Source: Clostridium sp. CAG:710
GTDB taxonomy: Bacteria; Bacillota_I; Bacilli_A; RF39; UBA660
DNA: 64,000 nucleotides
Direction of reading: 5' to 3'
Assembly: GCA_000432595.1 (NCBI GenBank)
Contig: HF996867.1
Coordinates: 1,551-65,550, forward strand
Shown here: positions 29,322-39,254 of the stretch, piece by piece
Position numbering within the stretch: the first letter of the stretch is position 1
How the letters are laid out: each line of letters starts with the position of its first letter
Position numbers and translations under genes: made by a program
Notes under the pieces: generated by a model
Database searches by the model: none
The model's input: only the letters and a program-made list of their open reading frames with translations
What the model was told of the DNA's origin: nothing

Positions 29322-30248
29322 ATGCTTAAACAAAAAGCTCTAAGGAAAATGCTTATTACTTCAATAACGGTCGTTATCCTTTTAATGATATATTTAATGC
29401 CAACTAATTCTAAAACATCTACAAATATATTAGATGTAGATAAAAAAATAGAATATACACAAAAAGATGTTGGATATATATATTTATTAAATGATAACGA
29501 CCTATTAATTAGGGTAAATGTTTTATTAGATAGTAAAGAGTCCTTAGAAAATAGGGTAACATCAATTATAAATAATTTGTTAAATACAAATGTAGGACCT
29601 AAAAACTTAAAATCATTGCTTCCTAATAAAACAAAATTAGTTGATATAGATATAGATGATGATTACTTATCAGTTAGCTTTTCAAAGAACATATTAGAAA
29701 TTGACAAATTGTATCAAGAAAAGTTAATAGAAGAAATTGCTTATTCAATATTTGATCTAAAAGAAATAAAAAAAATAAGCATATATGTAGAAGATGAAAA
29801 TATAAATAAATATTTTAAAGACATCCCAGAAGTAATAACAAGAGATTTTGGAATAAATAAGAAATATGACATTAAAAGCTTTAAAAACATTCAAAAAGTA
29901 GTTGTATATTATATGGAAGAAATAGATAAAAACAAATATTTTGTTCCGGTCACAAGCTATATAAATGATGATGAGGAAAAAGTAAAAATAATAATTGAAA
30001 ACCTATCAAGTAAATATATATATGAGCCCAATTTAATAAGTTTATTAAATAGTAATACAGAATTACTAAATTATGAGATAAATGATGATATAATGACACT
30101 AAACTTTAATAACAGTATTTTTATAAGTGATGGAAATGTGTTAGAGGAAGTAGTTTATACAATAAGTAACTCTGTATTTGATAATTATGATATAGATAAA
30201 ATAATTTTTAATGTAGAAAATAAAACTATCAATGAGATAAAAAGGTAA
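29322..30248 (+). CDS. GerMN-domain (GerM-like) membrane-anchored protein
   Basis: N-terminal TM, two GerMN-like repeats; tentative. Confidence 0.35.
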   Translation: MLKQKALRKMLITSITVVILLMIYLMPTNSKTSTNILDVDKKIEYTQKDVGYIYLLNDNDLLIRVNVLLDSKESLENRVTSIINNLLNTNVGPKNLKSLLPNKTKLVDIDIDDDYLSVSFSKNILEIDKLYQEKLIEEIAYSIFDLKEIKKISIYVEDENINKYFKDIPEVITRDFGINKKYDIKSFKNIQKVVVYYMEEIDKNKYFVPVTSYINDDEEKVKIIIENLSSKYIYEPNLISLLNSNTELLNYEINDDIMTLNFNNSIFISDGNVLEEVVYTISNSVFDNYDIDKIIFNVENKTINEIKR

Positions 30249-30275
30249 AAACTTTTAAAAAAAGTAAAAAATGTA

Positions 30276-30304
30276 TTGAATAATAAAAATTAATGGTGTA
30301 TAAT
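30276..30304 (+). promoter_or_regulatory. promoter TTGAAT-17-TGnTATAAT for tRNA-Arg
   Basis: consensus hexamers with extended -10. Confidence 0.6.
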
Positions 30305-30324
30305 CTAGAATGTATCTTGATTAT

Positions 30325-30401
<77 letters not shown>

Positions 30402-30410
30402 TATGATAAT

Positions 30411-30440
30411 AAAACGACTTTTAAAGTCGTTTTTATTTTT
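30411..30440 (+). terminator. rho-independent terminator after tRNA-Arg
   Basis: hairpin aaaacgacttttaaagtcgtttt + T-run. Confidence 0.65.
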
Positions 30441-30475
30441 GCCTAAGCATGCATATAATTAAATGGTGAAGTCCA

Positions 30476-31231
30476 TTGAAAAGAATAAAATTAAAGAAAA
30501 ACACTAAATTAAAACGTATAAAAATATTTATAATAATTATTATAAGTGCCATCATATTTGCACTAGTACAAGTAGAATATGTAGCAAAAAAAGTTGAAAA
30601 AAAATTATTCACATTCGCAGAAATAGAAGTAAATAAATTATCAAAAGCAATAGTTAATCAAGCAGTAAATGATGTAATAGCTAATAAATTTGCTGATGAA
30701 GACTTATTTGAAATAGGAAAAAACTCTAATGATGATATTCAAATAGTAGACTTTAACCCCCAAAAAGTTAATTTAATATTAAACGCTATAAATGAAAATA
30801 TAAACTCTTATTTTGAAAGGTTAGAAAATGGTGAAAAAGCTATATTAGATATAAAAAGAAACACTATAACAAATACTCTAATAAATACTAACAAAAAAGG
30901 GGTAGTATTTGAACTACCTATTGGTATGGTAAGCAATAATGCTTTTTTATCAAACCTAGGGCCAAAGATTCCTGTTAGGGTATCACTAAATGGAGAACTA
31001 GAGTCATGTATAAAAACAAGAGTAGAGAACTACGGGATAAATAATGCAGTTATAACGGTATATGCTTATATAGAAGTTAGTGAACAAATTCTACTTCCAA
31101 TAACCAGTAAAAAAATAACAATAAAAAATGAAATTCCAATATCAATAAAAATGATGCAGGGGAATGTTCCTAATTACTATTTTAATGGATTAAATACAAC
31201 CTCAGATATCAAAACCTTTTCAACAAAATAA
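30476..31231 (+). CDS. yunB: sporulation protein YunB-like
   Basis: TTG start with ggtga RBS; basic N-terminus, TM helix, then YunB-like region FAEIEVNKLSKAIVNQAVNDVIANK. Confidence 0.5.
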   Translation: MKRIKLKKNTKLKRIKIFIIIIISAIIFALVQVEYVAKKVEKKLFTFAEIEVNKLSKAIVNQAVNDVIANKFADEDLFEIGKNSNDDIQIVDFNPQKVNLILNAINENINSYFERLENGEKAILDIKRNTITNTLINTNKKGVVFELPIGMVSNNAFLSNLGPKIPVRVSLNGELESCIKTRVENYGINNAVITVYAYIEVSEQILLPITSKKITIKNEIPISIKMMQGNVPNYYFNGLNTTSDIKTFSTK

Positions 31232-31260
31232 AAACTATGTTATAATCAAGAAAAGAAGGT

Positions 31261-31563
31261 ATGAAAATGAAAATATTACATTTAGGAAAAAATAACTATG
31301 AAATAGTAAAAAATAATAAAGATTGTATAGATGAGGAAGAATTAAAATCTCTATTTACTGAATATTTTGAAACATTTGACTATGTACTTGGAGATTATTC
31401 TTATGGAAGATTAAGATTAAAAGGATTTTATGAATCAAAAAATAAATTAACAAAAAAAATTAATGATATAAAGTATTTAGATGATTATCTAAAAGATTTT
31501 TGTGCGTGCCAATGTCCATATTTTTTAATAAAAAAACAAATAAATATTGAAAAAGTACAATAA
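31261..31563 (+). CDS. YutD-like (DUF1027) protein
   Basis: ~100 aa, pattern ..YEIVKNNKD..EELKSLFTEYFETFDYVLGDYSYGRLRLKGFY resembles YutD family. Confidence 0.45.
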   Translation: MKMKILHLGKNNYEIVKNNKDCIDEEELKSLFTEYFETFDYVLGDYSYGRLRLKGFYESKNKLTKKINDIKYLDDYLKDFCACQCPYFLIKKQINIEKVQ

Positions 31564-31617
31564 ATATATTAAAATGATACTAGAATATAGGTAGAATAAA
31601 TAGGAGGAATATATTTT

Positions 31618-31890
31618 ATGGATACAAAAAAAGAAATTATGTCAATTGTACAAGAAGATGGTTCAATTGATGAAGTTGAAGTGCTAGTTTCATTTGAATT
31701 TACTGATACTAAAAAAGCATATGTTGTGTATACAAAAAACGAAGTAGATGATAGAGGAAATATTACTGTTTATGCATCATCATTAATTGACGGTCCTAAT
31801 GGAAAAAGATTAGGTGGAGTAGAAACAGATGAAGAATGGACTAGAATAAAAGAAGTCCTAAGAAAATTAGCAAAAGAAGGACAAGAATAG
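31618..31890 (+). CDS. DUF1292 (UPF0473/YrzB-like) protein
   Basis: 90 aa acidic protein; VQEDGSIDEVEVLVSFEF..KAYVVYTKNEVDDRGN pattern. Confidence 0.55.
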   Translation: MDTKKEIMSIVQEDGSIDEVEVLVSFEFTDTKKAYVVYTKNEVDDRGNITVYASSLIDGPNGKRLGGVETDEEWTRIKEVLRKLAKEGQE

Positions 31891-31910
31891 TTTAGAATGG
31901 AGGCGCTATT

Positions 31911-33323
31911 ATGAATGGTAGCATAATAAATTTTGTAGAAACACCAAAAGAAGTGGGCGTAGACATATCATCAAAAAAGGCAAAATTGTCTTCTAGAAGC
32001 TTTGCACTTATTAAAAAAGCAGCCTCAAAAATAAGAAAAAGTTTAGCACAAAAAATGGAAGCACAAAAAGTGGAACTTGCTAAACAATATCAAGAGGCAC
32101 ATGAAGCAGTTAGAGCAGAAGCACAAAATCAAAATACTAAAAATAGAAATGAATATGATGGAGATAGATTACAAAGACTTACAAATGCATTAGGAAGTAT
32201 TGGAGTAAAGTTAATCTTATCAGATTATGCAGCATCTAGGTTAAGCGTATATGGTCAACCAAAAGCAATAAAAATGCCAAACTTTTGGAGTAATATAAAG
32301 GATACATTATCAAATGCTCATATGGTAGACAGAGAATATAAAGATATTGGACGTGCATTTAAATATGGTGGAAGTGAAAGAGGAATCGAAGGTTTAGACA
32401 GCATGTATAAGATGATGAATGAATCTAAAAACATTCAAAATCCAGAAAAAAGGGAAGCACCGGTACAAAAACCAGTGCAACCTAAAGTACCAGAACAACC
32501 AAAATCAGGAATCAATATTGATGATTATCTTAAAAATTTTGCTCCACAACAACCAAGCATTGAAGCTGCAAATAAAGAAGTAGATGCTCGATTAGCAGAA
32601 ACAGAAGCTGGCATAAATGATAGATTTTCACAAATGATGTCAAATCTTGGAGGAAATGAACATGAACAAGTTGTACAACCAGTTGAAACACCACAAATAG
32701 AAAAACCTGTAAACCAAGCATTTATTCCTTCAGAGGCTAAAAAGGAAGAACCAAATAGATCAGAACTTAATGCTAAAGTAGCAAATGTATTTGAGAGTTT
32801 ACTAGAAAAAAAAGTTCAAGAAGAAGCAAAAGCTTCAAATAGTGAACCAGTTACCACTTCAACAACTGCTACAACTAACAAATCAGAAGAAAATTTAGAT
32901 AGAGAAGCACTAATGCAAGACTTGATAAATAGGTATGGTATAAATCAAAGTGTTGCTGCAACACCATCGGTTGTGCCAACACAAAAAGCCGATACAAAGG
33001 TTTCAACACAACCTTCAATACAATATCGTAACTCTACAATAGGGGAGATTTATACTTCTGAACCAAAGCCTGAAGTACAAGAGGTAACAAAAAATAAAGC
33101 TTCAGATGATTCAAAAGAAGAAACTCGTGAAGAAATGATAAAAAGAATCTATGTAGAACAGACAATGAAAGAGTTTGATGAAAAAATGAAGGCACAAGCA
33201 GAAGCTAAAAAATACAAAGACTTGGCTAATAGTTTAGAAGAAAAAGTAAAACAATTAGAAGAGCAATTAGCAAAATCTGAACCTAATCCAAACTTTGTAG
33301 GAGTTAATCCACGTACCAGATAA
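31911..33323 (+). CDS. hypothetical coiled-coil / low-complexity protein
   Basis: 470 aa, Q/E/K/P-rich, no motif. Confidence 0.35.
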   Translation: MNGSIINFVETPKEVGVDISSKKAKLSSRSFALIKKAASKIRKSLAQKMEAQKVELAKQYQEAHEAVRAEAQNQNTKNRNEYDGDRLQRLTNALGSIGVKLILSDYAASRLSVYGQPKAIKMPNFWSNIKDTLSNAHMVDREYKDIGRAFKYGGSERGIEGLDSMYKMMNESKNIQNPEKREAPVQKPVQPKVPEQPKSGINIDDYLKNFAPQQPSIEAANKEVDARLAETEAGINDRFSQMMSNLGGNEHEQVVQPVETPQIEKPVNQAFIPSEAKKEEPNRSELNAKVANVFESLLEKKVQEEAKASNSEPVTTSTTATTNKSEENLDREALMQDLINRYGINQSVAATPSVVPTQKADTKVSTQPSIQYRNSTIGEIYTSEPKPEVQEVTKNKASDDSKEETREEMIKRIYVEQTMKEFDEKMKAQAEAKKYKDLANSLEEKVKQLEEQLAKSEPNPNFVGVNPRTR

Positions 33324-33331
33324 TAGCATTT

Positions 33332-33370
33332 AAGAATTAAGATTGAATTCAACTTAATTCTTTTTTTTCT
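33332..33370 (+). terminator. rho-independent terminator
   Basis: long hairpin aagaattaagattgaattcaacttaattctt + T8. Confidence 0.65.
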
Positions 33371-33398
33371 GTGCAAGCATATACTTAAGTGTGATACT

Positions 33399-34304
33399 AT
33401 GAAAAAATATATAGAATACTTTTATGATGTAGAACTACAAAAAATAATTAATGTAGGAGATAATTACTTCTTTAACATTAATGGAATTAATTACTGTTTA
33501 TATGAAGTAAAAGGGGAGATTAATAGAGTCAATATAGAGACCATATTGAGACTAACTTCATTTATGTACGAATTCCATAATGTCATTCTAACAAAAGATA
33601 ATCAGATTTTCTGCGTTGTAGAGGGTAAAAAATATTCACTTTTGAAGATAAATTTAAAGTCAAACAGAATAATAAACTTAAATGATCTACTTAGATTTAA
33701 AAATTACACAATAAATATGTCTAAAAAAGCATATACACCAAATTGGATAGATTTATGGAGTAGAAAGATTGATTATTTAGAATACTACATTAATAATAAA
33801 GATAATTTAAAAAGTGAAATAAAAGGTATATTATACTATTTTATAGGACTAGGAGAAAATGCAATTAAGTATATAAAAGACAGTCTAAAAACAAGCGGAT
33901 TTAATCAAAACAAAATAGTATTATCTCATTATAGAGTTGATTCTGATAGTACGTTATATAGCCTATATAACCCATTTAATTTAATGCTAGACTATTCAGT
34001 AAGAGATATCGCAGAATATATAAAATCAATGTTCTATAGTGATAAAATAGACTATATTGAGATAGAAAACTTAGTAAATAAAAATATATTATCAGAAATG
34101 GAATATAAATTATTATTTGGAAGACTATTATTTCCTACCTTCTTTTTTGATATGTTTGATAAATACGAAGACAATAAATTGGATAACAAAAAATTAATTT
34201 CTATATACAACAAGACAACAGAGTATGAAACGTTTTTACACAATGTATATTTAATAATAAAAAAAAGAAACAACATTATAAGTGTTCCATGGTTAAATAA
34301 ATAA
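33399..34304 (+). CDS. CotS/YutH-like spore-coat-associated (kinase-fold) protein, tentative
   Basis: length and N-terminal pattern reminiscent of CotS family; position next to NifU-like gene mirrors B. subtilis yutH-yutI. Confidence 0.35.
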   Translation: MKKYIEYFYDVELQKIINVGDNYFFNINGINYCLYEVKGEINRVNIETILRLTSFMYEFHNVILTKDNQIFCVVEGKKYSLLKINLKSNRIINLNDLLRFKNYTINMSKKAYTPNWIDLWSRKIDYLEYYINNKDNLKSEIKGILYYFIGLGENAIKYIKDSLKTSGFNQNKIVLSHYRVDSDSTLYSLYNPFNLMLDYSVRDIAEYIKSMFYSDKIDYIEIENLVNKNILSEMEYKLLFGRLLFPTFFFDMFDKYEDNKLDNKKLISIYNKTTEYETFLHNVYLIIKKRNNIISVPWLNK

Positions 34305-34547
34305 TTAATCTTCAATTTGAACAACGCTTTTAACCTCAGGTATTTCATTAATAAGCATTGCTTCAATTCCATCTTTTAAAGTGAAGTCAATCATCGCACA
34401 ATGGCTACAAGCACCAAGCATTTTAATATATACAATTCCATCTTCATATTTAACAAATTCCAAATTACCACCATCCGCAATTAGATATGGTCTAATATCA
34501 TCAATAATATTTTTAATTTTTTCTTCTGTTTTCAAAATAATCACCAA
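34305..34547 (-). CDS. NifU-like (Nfu-type) Fe-S cluster assembly domain protein
   Basis: IRPYLIADGGNLEFV...GACSHCAMIDFTLKDGIE (CxxC Nfu motif); 80 aa. Confidence 0.7.
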   Translation of the reverse strand: MVIILKTEEKIKNIIDDIRPYLIADGGNLEFVKYEDGIVYIKMLGACSHCAMIDFTLKDGIEAMLINEIPEVKSVVQIED

Positions 34548-34633
34548 GAAAATTATACAATGAATTAATTCTATAGTAAAGAAATTTGCTAAAAATTAAA
34601 TCGTTTGGTATAATACCTATGAAGGTGTATAAA

Positions 34634-34978
34634 ATGAAATATGAAAATGGAAAAATTATAAAAGGATGTGTAACGGGAATTGAAAGCTATGGTATATTCA
34701 TGAGTTTTGATGAATATTATAGTGGATTAATTCACATATCAGAAATTTCAAATAACTTTGTTAGAAATGTTAATGATTATGTTAATATTGGTGAAACAAT
34801 AAGAGTAAAAATAATAGATACTGATCATGAAAATTGCCAATTAAAATTAAGTATAAAAGATATAAATTATCGTATAAATAATAAAAGAAGAACAAAAATT
34901 GTTGAAACAGGCACTGGATTTTATTGCTTAAAAGAAAATCTAGATAGGTGGATTGAAGAAAAAAAACAAGAAAAATAA
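34634..34978 (+). CDS. S1 RNA-binding domain protein (general stress protein 13/YugI-like)
   Basis: S1 fold pattern GKIIKGCVTGIESYGIFMSF...GLIHISEIS; gaaggtg RBS before ATG 34634. Confidence 0.55.
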   Translation: MKYENGKIIKGCVTGIESYGIFMSFDEYYSGLIHISEISNNFVRNVNDYVNIGETIRVKIIDTDHENCQLKLSIKDINYRINNKRRTKIVETGTGFYCLKENLDRWIEEKKQEK

Positions 34979-34997
34979 AATAAATTAAAAAAATAAG

Positions 34998-35026
34998 TTG
35001 ACAAAGCCTTTTGGAAATGTTATAGT
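34998..35026 (+). promoter_or_regulatory. promoter TTGACA-17-TATAGT for tRNA cluster 1
   Basis: consensus -35 and near-consensus -10 about 25 nt upstream of tRNA-Val. Confidence 0.6.
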
Positions 35027-35050
35027 TTTATTTGTCAATGCGATGTTAAT

Positions 35051-35127
35051 GGGCGATTAGCTCAGTTGGTTAGAGCACTTGCCTTACAAGCAAGGGGTCA
35101 TAGGTTCGAGTCCTATATCGCCCACCA
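35051..35127 (+). tRNA. tRNA-Val (TAC)
   Basis: hand-folded cloverleaf; anticodon stem cttgc/gcaag, loop cttacaa; CCA-encoded. Confidence 0.85.
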
Positions 35128-35133
35128 TTAAGT

Positions 35134-35209
35134 GCCGAAATAGCTCAATTGGTAGAGCAACTGATTTGTAATCAGTAGGTTACGGGTTCAAGTCCTGTTT
35201 TCGGCACCA
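35134..35209 (+). tRNA. tRNA-Thr (TGT)
   Basis: acceptor gccgaaa/tttcggc; anticodon stem actga/tcagt, loop tttgtaa. Confidence 0.8.
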
Positions 35210-35216
35210 TTTTTGT

Positions 35217-35300
35217 GGAGAGGTAGCGAAGTGGCTAAACGCGGCAGACTGTAAATCTGTTCCATTTGGTTCGATGGTTCGAATCCATCTCTCTCCACCA
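35217..35300 (+). tRNA. tRNA-Tyr (GTA), long variable arm
   Basis: acceptor ggagagg/tctctcc; loop ctgtaaa; extended variable arm typical of bacterial Tyr. Confidence 0.8.
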
Positions 35301-35307
35301 CGTATTT

Positions 35308-35382
35308 TGCCTCGTAGCCAAGCGGTAAGGCACGAGACTTTGACTCTCGCATGCGCTAGTTCGAATCTAGCCGAGGCAGCCA
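35308..35382 (+). tRNA. tRNA-Gln (TTG)
   Basis: U1-A72 acceptor tgcctcg/cgaggca; anticodon stem cgaga/tctcg, loop ctttgac. Confidence 0.8.
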
Positions 35383-35388
35383 TTTATT

Positions 35389-35464
35389 GTTCCGCTAGCT
35401 CAGTCGGTAGAGCATTTGACTTTTAATCAAAGGGTCTGGAGTTCGAATCTCCAGCGGGACACCA
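35389..35464 (+). tRNA. tRNA-Lys (TTT)
   Basis: acceptor gttccgc/gcgggac; anticodon stem tttga/tcaaa, loop cttttaa. Confidence 0.85.
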
Positions 35465-35473
35465 TTTTTGATG

Positions 35474-35498
35474 TAAACTGCGTAAGCAGTTTTTTTCT
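35474..35498 (+). terminator. rho-independent terminator after tRNA cluster 1
   Basis: hairpin aaactgcgtaagcagttt + T-run. Confidence 0.65.
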
Positions 35499-35580
35499 TG
35501 CAAAAAAACTATCTTTTTGTTGGTTATAAGTAATTGAAAATAATATTTACTGATGATACAATTAAAATGGTGGTGATAAT

Positions 35581-36579
35581 ATGAAAAGAAAAATAAAATT
35601 AAAGCAAGTGATAATATTATTGCTACTAGTATTTATGTGCATATTTGCACTTTCAAATTACAAAAACTATAAATTACTAAAAAATGGTTATAGTATAAAT
35701 GAAGTAAAGGAAATAAATAAAAATTTAATCAGTGACGATATAAAATCTTTAATAAAAAGAAATTATACAAAAGATGTAATTAGAATAATAGAAAGTCAAA
35801 AATTTAAACCAACAAATTTCAATAACTATCTAAAATTACTTGATGAATTAGGTAATTATAATGATAAAATAATAGATATCGTAAATGAAAAGTATTATAA
35901 AAGGACTCTATCTAAAAGATATATAAATTACTATAAAAATAACAAAGATATAACATCAAGGCAAATAGTCGAAGATGTTAATTGTAATTTAGATTATGAA
36001 TATTATAAAGTGGATTATAAAGTTGATTTAACTAAAAAATATCAAGTTCTAGTTAATAAGTTTTATAAATTAGATAAAGAATATATCCCAAATAATCTAG
36101 TTAAAATAGATAAAAAATATGGTAGAGAAAGACAAGTCGAAAAAAGAGTATATGAAGCCTTTATTGAAATGTATAACGCAATCGAAAAAGAAGGTATGGG
36201 TATATATATAACTTCTCCATATAGAAGCTATAGCTATCAAAAAAGTTTATACAATAATTATGTAAAAGATAATGGCACTGAAAAAGCAGATACATTCTCA
36301 GCAAGAGCAGGCTATTCAGAACATCAAACAGCGCTAGCAATAGATATTGCAGCTAAGGGCTCAATGTATACAAAGTTTGCTACAACAAAAGAATTTGAGT
36401 GGATGTTAAAAAACTGTTATAAATATGGATTTATATTAAGATATCCAAAAGACAAAGAAAGACAAACAGGTTATATGTTTGAATCATGGCATTATAGATA
36501 TGTTGGCAAGAAAATAGCAAAATATATACATGATAATGGAATAACTTATGATGAATATTATGAATATTTTATAAAATAA
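35581..36579 (+). CDS. peptidase M15 D-alanyl-D-alanine carboxypeptidase (VanY-like), membrane-anchored
   Basis: N-terminal TM; Zn-binding pattern SPYRSYSYQ...SEHQTALAIDI...ESWHYRYVG. Confidence 0.7.
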   Translation: MKRKIKLKQVIILLLLVFMCIFALSNYKNYKLLKNGYSINEVKEINKNLISDDIKSLIKRNYTKDVIRIIESQKFKPTNFNNYLKLLDELGNYNDKIIDIVNEKYYKRTLSKRYINYYKNNKDITSRQIVEDVNCNLDYEYYKVDYKVDLTKKYQVLVNKFYKLDKEYIPNNLVKIDKKYGRERQVEKRVYEAFIEMYNAIEKEGMGIYITSPYRSYSYQKSLYNNYVKDNGTEKADTFSARAGYSEHQTALAIDIAAKGSMYTKFATTKEFEWMLKNCYKYGFILRYPKDKERQTGYMFESWHYRYVGKKIAKYIHDNGITYDEYYEYFIK

Positions 36580-36633
36580 AGAGTATATTTATAAAAAAGT
36601 AATAAAAAATAGTAAAAAAACATAAAAAAGTAC

Positions 36634-36662
36634 TTGATAATTAAATTTATTTAATGTATAAT
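36634..36662 (+). promoter_or_regulatory. promoter TTGATA-17-TGnTATAAT for tRNA cluster 2
   Basis: near-consensus hexamers with extended -10 about 35 nt upstream of tRNA-Leu. Confidence 0.6.
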
Positions 36663-36695
36663 CAAGTAGTCACTTGAAAAAAGTGATGAAAATGT

Positions 36696-36784
36696 GCCTG
36701 AGTGGCGGAATAGGTAGACGCACAGGACTTAAAATCCTGCGAGATTCAACCCTCGTGTCGGTTCAAGTCCGACCTTAGGCACCA
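36696..36784 (+). tRNA. tRNA-Leu (TAA), long variable arm
   Basis: anticodon stem cagga/tcctg, loop cttaaaa; long extra arm. Confidence 0.8.
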
Positions 36785-36788
36785 TTTT

Positions 36789-36881
36789 GGAGGAATACCC
36801 AAGTCTGGTTGAAGGGACCGGTCTTGAAAACCGGAAGGTCGTGCAAGCGGCGCAGGGGTTCGAATCCCTTTTCCTCCGCCA
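36789..36881 (+). tRNA. tRNA-Ser (TGA), long variable arm
   Basis: acceptor ggaggaa/ttcctcc; anticodon stem ccggt/accgg, loop cttgaaa. Confidence 0.8.
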
Positions 36882-36894
36882 ATTTGATTTATAT

Positions 36895-36971
<77 letters not shown>

Positions 36972-36973
36972 AT

Positions 36974-37049
36974 GGTCTCGTGGTGCAGTGGCTAACACGT
37001 CTGCCTGTCACGCAGAAGATCGCGGGTTCAATCCCCGTCGAGACCGCCA
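36974..37049 (+). tRNA. tRNA-Asp (GTC)
   Basis: acceptor ggtctcg/cgagacc; anticodon stem tctgc/gcaga, loop ctgtcac. Confidence 0.85.
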
Positions 37050-37057
37050 TTTTTTTT

Positions 37058-37132
37058 GGCTCTGTAGCTCAGTCGGTAGAGCAAGGGACTGAAAATCCCT
37101 GTGTCGATGGTTCGATTCCATTCGGAGCCACC
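37058..37132 (+). tRNA. tRNA-Phe (GAA)
   Basis: acceptor ggctctg/cggagcc; anticodon stem aggga/tccct, loop ctgaaaa. Confidence 0.85.
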
Positions 37133-37172
37133 ATTAAATTGTTATCTAAGAGGAGTTTTCCTTTTATATGAT

Positions 37173-37250
37173 TGCACCCATAGCTCAATTGGATAGAGCG
37201 TTTGACTACGGATCAAAAGGTTATGGGTTCGACTCCTATTGGGTGCACCA
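37173..37250 (+). tRNA. tRNA-Arg (ACG)
   Basis: acceptor gcaccca/tgggtgc; anticodon stem tttga/tcaaa, loop ctacgga. Confidence 0.8.
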
Positions 37251-37255
37251 TAATT

Positions 37256-37332
37256 CGGGAAATGGCTCAACTTGGTAGAGCACTTGGTTTGGGACCAAGG
37301 GGTTGCAGGTTCAAATCCTGTTTTCCCGACCA
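37256..37332 (+). tRNA. tRNA-Pro (TGG)
   Basis: acceptor cgggaaa/tttcccg; anticodon stem cttgg/ccaag, loop tttggga. Confidence 0.85.
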
Positions 37333-37342
37333 GTTAGAAATG

Positions 37343-37371
37343 AACGTTGATTACTCAACGTTTTTATTTTT
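37343..37371 (+). terminator. rho-independent terminator after tRNA cluster 2
   Basis: hairpin aacgttgattactcaacgtt + T-run. Confidence 0.65.
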
Positions 37372-37458
37372 GAATTTATTTTGAATTAAATTTACATACA
37401 AATAACTAAGTGATATAATATACTAAATTATTAGTTCCATTAAGAAAGGAAGTGCCAT

Positions 37459-39144
37459 ATGATTAATAAGATAATAGAAGAACTATTCAAAAAAAATGGA
37501 ATAGAAGATATAAAAGTTTCTAAATCTAATAGACCTGATTTATGTGATTATCAATCTAATGATATATTTAAAATTGCAAAAAAAGAAGGGAAATCTCCAA
37601 TAGAAGTTGGTAAAGAAGTAGAACTAAAAATTAATGATATAAAAAACTTTAATGACTATTTTGAAAGCGTACAATTTGTAGCACCTGGCTTTTTAAATAT
37701 AAAGATAAATAACAACTTTATCTGCAATGTATTAAGAAAAATGAGTAACGATAACAAATTTAATATTCAATTACCGGAAAAAAGTGAAACATTTGTTGTC
37801 GATTATTGTGGCGCCAATGTAGCGAAGCCATTGCATGTTGGTCATATGAGAACCACAATAGTTGGAGAAAGTATCGCAAGAATAATTAGATTTATGGGAC
37901 ATAAAACTATTTGCGACGTACACCTAGGTGATTATGGGCTTCAAATAGGTGAAGTAATATATGCAATATTAGAAGATAAAATACCACTAGAAGATATAGA
38001 TATAAATTACTTAGATGTAGCTTATCCAAAGATGAGCGCACGTTGTAAGGAAGATGAAAAATTAAAAGAAGAATGTGCAAGAATAACAAAAGAATTACAA
38101 GATGGAAATGAAGAATATAGAAAACTATGGAAAAAAATATTAGATGTTAGTGTTGAAGACATAAAGAAAAATTGCAATTACTTAGGAGCAAAATTTGATT
38201 ATTGGTATGGTGAAAGTGATGCATATCCATATATTCCAAAAATAGAGAAAATACTTAATGAAAAAGGGCTTTTAAGGCAAAGTGAAGGCGCTTTGGTAGT
38301 AGATGTAGAAGAACCTACTGATAAAAAAGAAATACCGCCACTACTATTTAAAAAGAGTAATGGAGCTTATTTATATGCTTCTACCGATTTAGCATGTCTA
38401 CTACAAAGAAAAGAAGATTTCAATCCAGATCATGTACTTTATGTTACTGATTTAAGACAAGCACTACATTTTGAACAGGTTTTTAGAACAATAGAAAAAT
38501 GTGGAATATTTAAAAGAACACAACTAGAACATTTAGGTTATGGTACAGTAAACGGATTAGATGGTAAACCATTTAAAACAAGAGAAGGAACAGCGCCTAA
38601 ATTAGAAAGTCTATATAATGACATAAAAGAAATATTCATATCAAAAAAAGAAGAAAATAAAAATCTATCAAACGAAGATTTAGATAAAATAGTAAACTCA
38701 ATATTAAAATATGGCGATCTACAAAACTCAAAAGAAAAAGACTATATATTTAATATAGAAAAATTCTCAGATACAATAGGAAAAACAGGTCCATACATAC
38801 TTTATACATACTTACGTGTTAATAAAATACTTAAAGATAATTGTTATACACAAAAAGATTTAAGCAGTAAAATTTATAATGAATCAGACAGAAACTTAAG
38901 AATGAAATTATTTGATGTAGAGGATTACATATATTTAGCATATAATAATAGAAATCCATTCTATCTAGCCGATTATGTATATGATTTATGCTTATTGGTT
39001 AATAACTTTTATCAAAATAACAATATATCTAATTTGACTGATGAAGAAAACAAAAATGATTGGTTATATGTATTGAATTTATCAAATAGAATAATTAAAG
39101 AAGTGTTAGATTTATTGGTAATACAAATACCAAGTAAAATGTAA
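37459..39144 (+). CDS. argS: arginyl-tRNA synthetase
   Basis: class I HIGH region CGANVAKPLHVGHMRTT; length 561 aa; anticodon-binding C-terminal domain pattern. Confidence 0.85.
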   Translation: MINKIIEELFKKNGIEDIKVSKSNRPDLCDYQSNDIFKIAKKEGKSPIEVGKEVELKINDIKNFNDYFESVQFVAPGFLNIKINNNFICNVLRKMSNDNKFNIQLPEKSETFVVDYCGANVAKPLHVGHMRTTIVGESIARIIRFMGHKTICDVHLGDYGLQIGEVIYAILEDKIPLEDIDINYLDVAYPKMSARCKEDEKLKEECARITKELQDGNEEYRKLWKKILDVSVEDIKKNCNYLGAKFDYWYGESDAYPYIPKIEKILNEKGLLRQSEGALVVDVEEPTDKKEIPPLLFKKSNGAYLYASTDLACLLQRKEDFNPDHVLYVTDLRQALHFEQVFRTIEKCGIFKRTQLEHLGYGTVNGLDGKPFKTREGTAPKLESLYNDIKEIFISKKEENKNLSNEDLDKIVNSILKYGDLQNSKEKDYIFNIEKFSDTIGKTGPYILYTYLRVNKILKDNCYTQKDLSSKIYNESDRNLRMKLFDVEDYIYLAYNNRNPFYLADYVYDLCLLVNNFYQNNNISNLTDEENKNDWLYVLNLSNRIIKEVLDLLVIQIPSKM

Positions 39145-39150
39145 AATCAG

Positions 39151-39182
39151 GCGATATCATAAAAAGATATCGCTTTAACTTT
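39151..39182 (+). terminator. rho-independent terminator
   Basis: hairpin gcgatatcataaaaagatatcgc + T-rich tail. Confidence 0.5.
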
Positions 39183-39254
39183 AAATATAATATGGAAAAA
39201 TTATAATAAATATGATATCTTTAATAAAGAAAAGCACTAAAAGGAGATGATAGT

